Shown one piece after another: positions 8,795 through 15,312 of a stretch of DNA of 64,000 nucleotides. The notes beneath the pieces are model-generated. The model saw only the letters and a program-made list of their open reading frames with translations, made no database searches and had not been told where the DNA came from. The DNA is from a virus: positions 1 to 64,000 of the IMG/VR virus record IMGVR_UViG_3300037521_000114; one strand, 5' to 3'. Position 1 is the stretch's first letter. Each line of letters opens with the position of its first letter. A program made the translations under genes and the position numbers.

Positions 8795-8890
8795 GGGGGA
8801 ATGTTGAAAAACACTCTCAGATACTTTCTCTGGAAGCAGTAGCCATTCAGAGAGTTACTTCGGACTTGGGTCTCAAAAACCCATTCCCCC
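8795..8890 (+). ncRNA. Y-RNA-like unit 2 (circularly permuted scaffold, Leu-CAA anticodon arm)
   Basis: GGGGGAA/TTCCCCC closing stem; CTCTC..TTTCT-CTG-gaag-CAG-TAGCCA..GAGAG-TTACTTCG; TGGGT-CTCAAAA-ACCCA anticodon-like hairpin at 8867-8883. Confidence 0.65.
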
Positions 8891-8894
8891 GCTA

Positions 8895-8973
8895 AACTAC
8901 AAGAATTGTGCTCAGTCCTCTGAGAGGCATTGAGGGGCTTAATGTTATCCCTTATTAACAGGTTCTTGTAGTT
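8895..8973 (+). ncRNA. Structured spacer RNA A (three-way junction)
   Basis: 11-bp AACTACAAGAA/TTCTTGTAGTT stem enclosing CTCAGT-CCTC/GAGG-ATTGAG and TGTTA/TAACA hairpins. Confidence 0.5.
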
Positions 8974-8975
8974 AC

Positions 8976-8984
8976 GTTCTTTAA
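8976..8984 (+). promoter_or_regulatory. Second boxA-like element
   Basis: GTTCTTTAA between spacer RNA A and unit 3. Confidence 0.4.
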
Positions 8985-8988
8985 AATT

Positions 8989-9165
8989 AAATTGTAGTAC
9001 CCAAGATGAGACTTACTTCGTAGCTCTTCGGAGCAATCGTAGGTTCGAATCCTGCTTTCCCCACGATACATTAACAATACAATGGGGAAATAGCCAAGTG
9101 GTCAAAGGCAACTAATTTTGGTTTAGTTAAACACTGATGCAGTCTTACTATTTCGTCTACAATTT
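8989..9165 (+). ncRNA. Y-RNA-like unit 3 (YrlA-like, circularly permuted tRNA-Gln(UUG) cargo)
   Basis: AAATTGTAG/CTACAATTT and TGAGACT/AGTCTTA stems; TTACTTCG at 9013-9020; order is T-arm (9039-9055), 3' acceptor strand TTTCCCC, linker, 5' acceptor strand GGGGAAA, D-arm, anticodon arm with TTG at 9118-9120. Confidence 0.8.
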
Positions 9166-9176
9166 TTTAACTTATT

Positions 9177-9245
9177 GGCAGCACCGTCTATTCTACGTCC
9201 GTTCCGGACAAAGGGTTGAATTTCCATGGCTGGATTGGTGCTGCC
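9177..9245 (+). ncRNA. Structured spacer RNA B
   Basis: Perfect 9-bp GGCAGCACC/GGTGCTGCC stem with internal GTCC/GGAC hairpin. Confidence 0.5.
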
Positions 9246-9252
9246 TCCCTTT

Positions 9253-9382
9253 TAAGGGTAGCAAGGAAGTCACTTACTTCGAAACGTAGCTCAGTTGGTA
9301 GAGCTTTTGATTGATAATCAGAATGTCGGTGGTTCAAATCCATCCATTTCGCACAATGACAGTGATCCCATTTCCTCCCTTA
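9253..9382 (+). ncRNA. Y-RNA-like unit 4 (embedded tRNA-Ile(GAU)-like cloverleaf)
   Basis: TAAGGG/CCCTTA and TCACT/AGTGA stems, GTAGCAAGGA loop, TTACTTCG at 9274-9281 overlapping the tRNA 5' end. Confidence 0.75.
9280..9352 (+). tRNA. tRNA-Ile(GAT)-like cloverleaf embedded in unit 4
   Basis: Acceptor CGAAACG/CATTTCG (one C-A mismatch), D-arm GCTC/GAGC, anticodon arm TTTGA-TTGATAA-TCAGA, T-arm GGTGG-TTCAAAT-CCATC; no CCA; C discriminator. Confidence 0.7.
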
Positions 9383-9396
9383 TCCTATTTAATGCT

Positions 9397-9528
9397 TAAA
9401 GAGTAGCAAGGATAACACTTACTTCGTAGCTCAGTTGGTTAGAGCACAAACCTGTAAAGTTTGATGTCTCAGGTTCAATTCCTGACGTACCCGAAAGGGT
9501 CCATAGTGTTACCAGTTTTCTCTCTTTA
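9397..9528 (+). ncRNA. Y-RNA-like unit 5 (acceptor-less tRNA body, GUA/Tyr anticodon)
   Basis: TAAAGAG/CTCTTTA and TAACACT/AGTGTTA stems; TTACTTCG at 9419-9426; D-arm, CAAAC-CTGTAAA-GTTTG, TCAGG-TTCAATT-CCTGA, only 2 bp of acceptor stem, then an ACCC-GAAA-GGGT hairpin. Confidence 0.75.
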
Positions 9529-9543
9529 TTTAATTTCAAAGCT

Positions 9544-9873
9544 ATGATCTACAAATTAGGATGGTTCTTGAATCTTATCCTACCTAAGTGGGTAGCAGGT
9601 ATAACCATAGCTCCTTTCGGCATCTATCTCAGAGAAGATGTCTTCAGCAATTATCGTATCAATAATCATGAGAATATCCACTGGACTCAACAGATGGAAA
9701 TGCTCATTGTATTTTTTTATCTTTGGTATCTATTTGAATGGTTAATCAAACTGTCCAAATATGGTAAAGAAGCCTATCGCAACCTTTCCTTTGAGAGAGA
9801 AGCAAAGCATGGAGAAATGCTTGACTACTATGAAATTGAAAGAAAACCTTACGCATGGATACACTACCTATAG
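9544..9873 (+). CDS. Small membrane-associated HExxH (zincin-like) protein
   Basis: GITIAPFGIY...NHENIHWTQQ.E...AYRNLSFEREA with a hydrophobic segment. Confidence 0.75.
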   Translation: MIYKLGWFLNLILPKWVAGITIAPFGIYLREDVFSNYRINNHENIHWTQQMEMLIVFFYLWYLFEWLIKLSKYGKEAYRNLSFEREAKHGEMLDYYEIERKPYAWIHYL

Positions 9874-10802
9874 GACCGTATAAGCCTGACGCTACTGAAC
9901 ACGAAGCCTTCAATCATGTCGATGAATTTGATATGTTTGCTACCCACTCTCCAAATAAAGGGAGAGGAGATTCTTTAGGTGGAGGGCAAGATATGTATTT
10001 CTGCTATGATGATACTCGATTTGTATTCTCAGCAGAAAAGTTGTGGTATTTCGACTCCTATGGAAAATATATAGGTCAGCGTCACCCTTTAGTACATCCT
10101 GACGATCATCCAATGAGCAGAGATCACTACATGAGTACCATGATAACTCTCAAGATGCACTATGACAGAACAGGGAGTACAGCAAGTATGGCAAAGATCA
10201 AGGAGATCACTGACAATACAGGCTACATCATCAGTAAGATGGCTCGTAGAGGACTTGGACTTGGTTGGTGGTCAAAAGCTATTCAAGGAAAGACATTCTA
10301 TCAGTTTCTCTATCACATGATGGGAATCGTAGAAGCTGTATTTGTTTACCTACCAATGCACATGATATTTGCTGAAGCATCATTTAGCGAAGAAGTCGAT
10401 CAATGGCAATATGTTCCTTATCCAGAAGGAAAGAGACTTCAAGAACTACCTAAATGGAAGCATTGGGTAAGCAAAGCCTGTTATCCTTCCTATGCTCTAC
10501 AAAATGCTGGATGGCAGCTATATGTAACTGATAAGAACAAACTTCCTCTTCTCAGGAGGATTCACGAAGCTGTCTATCGTCCTATGATAGGCAAGACAAA
10601 TTATGTACAGAAAATGCTCTTTGGAGTGAAAGGTATTCAAGAAGAGTATATTTCATTCTACAAAGCTATGATGGGTGGAAGATGGGGAGGTTATCTGAGC
10701 GAACGCAATGATCGTAATATGCACGTTCTTAACCCTCAACCTCACTACAACAACATAGATGTCGATGTCGCAAGAAAACTGTACAACGAAACTCAACTTT
10801 AA
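9855..10802 (+). CDS. Hypothetical protein (315 aa)
   Basis: Long ORF, aromatic-rich, no recognised motif. Confidence 0.75.
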   Translation: MDTLPIGPYKPDATEHEAFNHVDEFDMFATHSPNKGRGDSLGGGQDMYFCYDDTRFVFSAEKLWYFDSYGKYIGQRHPLVHPDDHPMSRDHYMSTMITLKMHYDRTGSTASMAKIKEITDNTGYIISKMARRGLGLGWWSKAIQGKTFYQFLYHMMGIVEAVFVYLPMHMIFAEASFSEEVDQWQYVPYPEGKRLQELPKWKHWVSKACYPSYALQNAGWQLYVTDKNKLPLLRRIHEAVYRPMIGKTNYVQKMLFGVKGIQEEYISFYKAMMGGRWGGYLSERNDRNMHVLNPQPHYNNIDVDVARKLYNETQL

Positions 10803-10809
10803 TATTTAT

Positions 10810-10882
10810 TGACCTCTGGTGTAACTGGTAACACGTTCCCCTTTGGAGGGAAAGAGTACAGGTTCAAGCCCTGTGAGGTCAT
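10810..10882 (+). tRNA. tRNA-Gln(TTG)
   Basis: TGACCTC/GAGGTCA acceptor (U1-A72), GTGT/ACAC D-stem, TTCCC-CTTTGGA-GGGAA anticodon arm, ACAGG-TTCAAGC-CCTGT T-arm; CCA not encoded. Confidence 0.9.
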
Positions 10883-10921
10883 CTAACGTTTAATATTTTT
10901 TATTAACTAAACCACAAACAA

Positions 10922-11485
10922 ATGAAAAAACTATTTATCGCTCTGATATTTTCGAGCTTAATTACAAGTTGTTGCTTGTCTCAACTTCCAACTCAGTATG
11001 CCTATATAGATGAGACTTGCAGTGCAATGTTACCTGACTTTACTGAGATGGTAATTGTGGGAGATAATTGTAGTGTGGTAAATATCACACAGGTTCCCAT
11101 GCCCGGAATAGTAATACAAGCTACAACTACGGTTCGTTTGGTAGCTACAGACGAAACAGGAAATCTAAAAGCTATGGATTTTGAGGTGGTAATAATGGAT
11201 ACTATTGCACCTACCATGATGCTCGATCCCGAATGGGTGAGTTATACCGATAAAGAAGTAGGTGAAATGTATAAAGTATTTTATGGTTGGGTACAGGAAC
11301 AGGGTGATTACTACAATGAAGTGTACGCTGGAACAATAGACACACTTGTTACACCGGACACCACCTTGATATATGTAAATGACACAATGAGATATTTCCG
11401 TGGTACAATACCTATTTTCGAATATAGGATGGATGAAGGTTATTGGGCAAATGAAACTCCTGATTTGACAGCTTGGTTCAGATGA
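10922..11485 (+). CDS. Putative lipoprotein with HYR/Ig-like domain
   Basis: Signal peptide with lipobox-like LITSC; LPDF...DNCS...Q.P.PG...V.LVATDETGN...V..DTIAPT pattern. Confidence 0.65.
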   Translation: MKKLFIALIFSSLITSCCLSQLPTQYAYIDETCSAMLPDFTEMVIVGDNCSVVNITQVPMPGIVIQATTTVRLVATDETGNLKAMDFEVVIMDTIAPTMMLDPEWVSYTDKEVGEMYKVFYGWVQEQGDYYNEVYAGTIDTLVTPDTTLIYVNDTMRYFRGTIPIFEYRMDEGYWANETPDLTAWFR

Positions 11486-12441
11486 GAAGGCTCTGGATAC
11501 TGCTGCTGATGGTTATGTCCATCAGTTGTTTAGCACAAATTCCAACTCAATTCTATCTTGCAAATGATTCATGCAACTTTGTTCTTCCTGATTATTCTCA
11601 GGCTGTACAGGTTCTTGATAACTGTTGTGTTGATAGCAACGGATTTTATCAGACTCCACATTCAGGAACACTGTTATTTCCCGGTTATGATATTACAGTC
11701 ACGCTTGTAGGACGAGATTGTGCTGGAAATTCAGTTCAAATGACATTTGATGTAGTAGTGATTGACGAGGTTCCACCTACATTTTTCTATGATTCCACCC
11801 AATTCCTACCTATGGGTATGTATCAGAACGAGGATAGGATTTTTAAGCTCTATATCACGCTTGACAGTAGTAATTTAGACAATAACGGTAATCCAGACTA
11901 TCTGACTTACTATCGTGATCCTAACCACGGACATCAACCTATTGCTGCAAATATCTATGACACCAACCCTGAGTTAGTGTCTTATCTGGATCATCCTGAT
12001 GATTGGAGAGGAACGATCTTTAGAGCAGAAGGAAATTTTGACTTGACAAATGTGAGATTAAAGCTATATCGGACAGGATATGATCCATATCAGGAGGTAA
12101 TAGTAGAAATCATGGAGGTTGTAGGAGATCAAAATCCAAGTATGATTCCTCTGAGTCAAGGTAGAAAACTGAGCAAAGAACTATTTACTGATTCAACAGG
12201 AGAAGGAGCATGGTACACTATTCCTATGCGGAAAATGACTCTCTATCACGGTCAGGAGTATGTAATTGTAACAAGGATCAATCGTGGTGACTTCGATAAT
12301 AAGATTCAATGGAGAATCAATACTGAGAGCTATTCCGGTGGATTCTTAGTATTCACTAATAATGGTTCAGGAGAAGAAGGTCTGTGGCAGAGAAATCACA
12401 ATAGAGACTATATGTTCGAAATTTGGGGACATAAAATATAG
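11482..12441 (+). CDS. Exported protein with HYR/Ig-like domain and C-terminal beta-rich domain
   Basis: Signal peptide; N-terminal domain parallels the previous gene (QIPTQF..C..LPDY..DNC..Q.P..G..D..GN..FDVVVID..PPT). Confidence 0.65.
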   Translation: MRRLWILLLMVMSISCLAQIPTQFYLANDSCNFVLPDYSQAVQVLDNCCVDSNGFYQTPHSGTLLFPGYDITVTLVGRDCAGNSVQMTFDVVVIDEVPPTFFYDSTQFLPMGMYQNEDRIFKLYITLDSSNLDNNGNPDYLTYYRDPNHGHQPIAANIYDTNPELVSYLDHPDDWRGTIFRAEGNFDLTNVRLKLYRTGYDPYQEVIVEIMEVVGDQNPSMIPLSQGRKLSKELFTDSTGEGAWYTIPMRKMTLYHGQEYVIVTRINRGDFDNKIQWRINTESYSGGFLVFTNNGSGEEGLWQRNHNRDYMFEIWGHKI

Positions 12442-12498
12442 GGATTGCAGTATCGTCAAAAATTCTTATATTGGTTGTGTGTACGAGACTTAGACATC

Positions 12499-12711
12499 AT
12501 GGCAGATAATCGTGGAGGATCAACAATAGCATATCATTCAAGCACCTGTAATTGCTGTGTATGTGGTAGTTCGAGAGGAGAACACAAGGGAGACAAGTCT
12601 TATCGCTACAAGAAGCGAGAGCAGCGATCCTGTGAATGTGGATGTGGTACGACCTTCATGTGTAAACATGATTCTAAAAAAAGATTTGTAATAGGTCACA
12701 ATATGAAATAA
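12499..12711 (+). CDS. Small Cys-rich protein
   Basis: CNCCVC and CECGCG...RFVIGHN; ATG at 12499 preferred over TTG at 12445. Confidence 0.55.
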   Translation: MADNRGGSTIAYHSSTCNCCVCGSSRGEHKGDKSYRYKKREQRSCECGCGTTFMCKHDSKKRFVIGHNMK

Positions 12712-12722
12712 AAAATTAAATC

Positions 12723-12926
12723 ATGGGAAGAAAACCTTTAACACAAGAAGAAGCACAACAAAGAGTAACTAGGAAAGCAAACTCTATGTATAGTAATGAG
12801 GAACAAGCATTTGGTACAGGAAAAAAATTAAAAGACCTAAAGGATAAAGGTGGTTGTAAGTCATGGATGTGGTTTCTTCTGCTACTCGCAGCAATAGCGG
12901 TGGTAATTATAACAGCAGGTGCTTAA
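12723..12926 (+). CDS. Small protein with C-terminal transmembrane helix
   Basis: WMWFLLLLAAIAVVIITAGA. Confidence 0.65.
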   Translation: MGRKPLTQEEAQQRVTRKANSMYSNEEQAFGTGKKLKDLKDKGGCKSWMWFLLLLAAIAVVIITAGA

Positions 12927-13074
12927 AAATCTACTCTGATACAAGCTCTTGACACAAATTCAGCGTCGCCATGCGGAGTGTGATTTAATCACAAGGAGCA
13001 GCAACAGAGAGACTTCTGTTAGGTAGGGACGGTGGTATCTGAGGACGGGGATGAGGCTTCAGCTAACAGATTTT
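12926..13074 (+). ncRNA. Candidate structured intergenic RNA
   Basis: Unusually GC-rich intergenic stretch closed by AAAATCT/AGATTTT, with TGTGA/TCACA and AACAGA/TCTGTT hairpins. Confidence 0.3.
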
Positions 13075-13096
13075 ATTAACTCCTAATATTTTTTAT

Positions 13097-13576
13097 ATGG
13101 ATACATTAAAAGAAGCCAAAGAGTTTCTGCGAAGAAACTGGCATAAAGGTGCGTACTGTCCTTGCTGTAGTCAAAAGGTTAAGTTATGGAAGTATCAGAT
13201 TCATAGTACAATGGCAACAGTATTGATAGAGCTGTATCACATGACACCTAACGAGTATCATCATCACGATGATCTGTGGAGGTTGGTAAAAAGTAAGTTC
13301 AATTTTCAAGCTGTTCATTGTGGAGATTTCTCCAAACTTGCCCTTTGGGAATTGATTGAACCGATGCCTAAGGATTACGATAGTAACAAAAAGGCTACAG
13401 GAAATTGGAGAATCACAGAAACAGGGAAACTGTTCGTTGAGAATAAGATAAAAGTTTCAAAAGTATTATTCGTATTCAATGGAAGGATATGGGGTAGAGA
13501 AGGAGAGGTCTCTATCATAGATACAGTAAGGAAAAAATTCAATTACGAGAAAATGATATTAGATCAACTGAAATAA
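13097..13576 (+). CDS. Hypothetical protein (CPCC motif, possible winged-helix DNA-binding fold)
   Basis: YCPCCSQ; GDFSKL..W.LIE...GNWRITETGK pattern. Confidence 0.7.
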   Translation: MDTLKEAKEFLRRNWHKGAYCPCCSQKVKLWKYQIHSTMATVLIELYHMTPNEYHHHDDLWRLVKSKFNFQAVHCGDFSKLALWELIEPMPKDYDSNKKATGNWRITETGKLFVENKIKVSKVLFVFNGRIWGREGEVSIIDTVRKKFNYEKMILDQLK

Positions 13577-13579
13577 AAA

Positions 13580-13948
13580 ATGGATAGATTACTGGTAGAG
13601 ACAAAAGAACTCAGACCAGAGTATCGTGAACGCAATCGCTTATGGGATAAATTCTATAAGCGTTTTTGTTTAACACTTGCTCTGATCTGGAAAAGCAGAC
13701 CTCTTATTCATTATCCTCTCACTATTGATATTGAACTTGGAACTATGAAGTATGACTATTTCAAATTTGGAATAGAGCATACTCTTCGTAGGATTTGGAG
13801 ATACAATGTCATTATGGGAGCGAGATTGGAAGGTAGGAATGTAGATTTAGACACTAAAGATTTTTATATCGAAACACTCTTAACTGATGAACAAGCTGTT
13901 GAAGATCAGCTAAATAAAGAACTTTTAGAACACTATCGAAATGGTTAA
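13580..13948 (+). CDS. Hypothetical protein
   Basis: 122-aa ORF in operon packing. Confidence 0.65.
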   Translation: MDRLLVETKELRPEYRERNRLWDKFYKRFCLTLALIWKSRPLIHYPLTIDIELGTMKYDYFKFGIEHTLRRIWRYNVIMGARLEGRNVDLDTKDFYIETLLTDEQAVEDQLNKELLEHYRNG

Positions 13949-14159
13949 ATTACTTGTTGTTGCTTTCGTTTTCTTAGCAGCTATCTATTATGTGGACATC
14001 ATAATACGGATAGTTAAAGATGAGAAAGCAGGTGTAGTACGGTATAATGGTCCGAAGTTGATCATACCGTTCGCTTATTGGTTGTTCCCCTACAAGGAGA
14101 AGAAACCAGCGAAAAGAAAAGTTAAACCCAAAAAATCAAAAGAAAATGAAGCGAAGTAG
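13941..14159 (+). CDS. Small membrane protein
   Basis: N-terminal TM helix, LIIPFAYW segment, basic tail; overlaps the SPFH start. Confidence 0.65.
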   Translation: MVKLLVVAFVFLAAIYYVDIIIRIVKDEKAGVVRYNGPKLIIPFAYWLFPYKEKKPAKRKVKPKKSKENEAK

Positions 14160-15312
14160 AAAATTGTTAATTTTAGTAGCCGTGATCGGTATCCTGTTTT
14201 TGATCTTTGCATCAAAACTATTTGTAACCAACGATCAGGGATATTATCAAGCGAAACAGGCTTTCATCACAGGTAAAATGAGTGTTCGGATGAGTCCGGG
14301 AACTTATGGTCAGAACTTTGGTACGATTACTACCTATAAAGCCAACGCTACAGTCGGTTTTGGTAGCCAAGAAGGAGACATCTCTGCGAACTTGGACTCT
14401 ATCCCTGTTGTATTTAATGAAGGCTCCTATGCGAAGATCGCAGGACTCATTAGAGTACAGCTTCCGAACACTGAAGAAGGGATAAAGAATCTTCTACAGG
14501 AATTTGCAGGTGGATATGATCACTTTATTGAAGCAGGTATTGTCCCTATTGTTGAGAACGCTGTTAAACTTGGAGCTAACCTCCGATCAGCCCAAGATGC
14601 TTACACCACACTTGCTCTCTTCCAGCAGTCCGTTCAGGACCAGCTTTCAAACGGAGTATATGTAACTCATTCAGAACGTAAAACGATTGTTAATGCTACA
14701 GGAGATACTGAAGTTCGTCAAGTGACTGTAATCAGTCTTGACAGAGACAGTATTCCAATGAGACAACCTAATCGTTTACAGGAACTTGGATGCAAGATTA
14801 CATCTTGTGTAATTGATGTTCCCGGATTTGATGCAACTGTCGTAGGTATGATTGCCAAGCGTAAAGAGGAAGCAATGAAGACTGAACTCGCTAAACAAGC
14901 GGCTCTTAGAGCACAGCAGGATGCGATTACAGCAGAGGAGCAGGGAAAAGCTGATGTAGCGAAAGCAAAGTATGTCAAAGAGGTTGAGCTTATTGAGGCT
15001 ACTACCAAAGCGAGAGAGAAATTTGAAGTTGCTGAGTTCAAAGCAAAGGAAGCTGCACAGGATAAGATAGCTAAGATTCTTGCTGCTGAAGCTGTGAAAC
15101 AGGAGCTACTGATTGCTGATGGATTATCCGCAGCAGCCAAGTATCAGATTGATGCTGATGTTAAAGAAGCTATCGGTGTTGCAGAACACATGAGTAAGTG
15201 GGTAGGACCACAGATCGTCATGGCTGGTGGAGAAGGTGGATCAGGTGGTTCAGGTGTTGAGAACGCTCTGATGATCAAGATGATGATGGAATTAGTTAAA
15301 TCTCCTAAATAA
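14146..15312 (+). CDS. SPFH/band-7 (prohibitin-like) membrane protein
   Basis: N-terminal TM helix, beta-rich SPFH-like core, long Ala/Glu/Lys coiled coil, PQIVMAGG tail. Confidence 0.8.
   Translation: MKRSRKLLILVAVIGILFLIFASKLFVTNDQGYYQAKQAFITGKMSVRMSPGTYGQNFGTITTYKANATVGFGSQEGDISANLDSIPVVFNEGSYAKIAGLIRVQLPNTEEGIKNLLQEFAGGYDHFIEAGIVPIVENAVKLGANLRSAQDAYTTLALFQQSVQDQLSNGVYVTHSERKTIVNATGDTEVRQVTVISLDRDSIPMRQPNRLQELGCKITSCVIDVPGFDATVVGMIAKRKEEAMKTELAKQAALRAQQDAITAEEQGKADVAKAKYVKEVELIEATTKAREKFEVAEFKAKEAAQDKIAKILAAEAVKQELLIADGLSAAAKYQIDADVKEAIGVAEHMSKWVGPQIVMAGGEGGSGGSGVENALMIKMMMELVKSPK

Noticed and set aside
8665-9528. CRISPR array
   Set aside because: The shared sequence is only 8-11 nt, spacing is irregular (about 145-260 nt), the intervening sequences are folded tRNA-like modules, and no cas genes are present.
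8989-9528. Ordinary phage tRNA cluster or decayed tRNA pseudogenes
   Set aside because: One element is permuted and one lacks an acceptor stem, all sit in the same scaffold, and the remaining arms pair almost perfectly.
13020-13070. SAM-I riboswitch (GGGAC..GATGA..CAGC.AAC resemblance)
   Set aside because: The P1 AUC/GAU helix and the downstream GUGC core cannot be found, so the similarity is only fragmentary.
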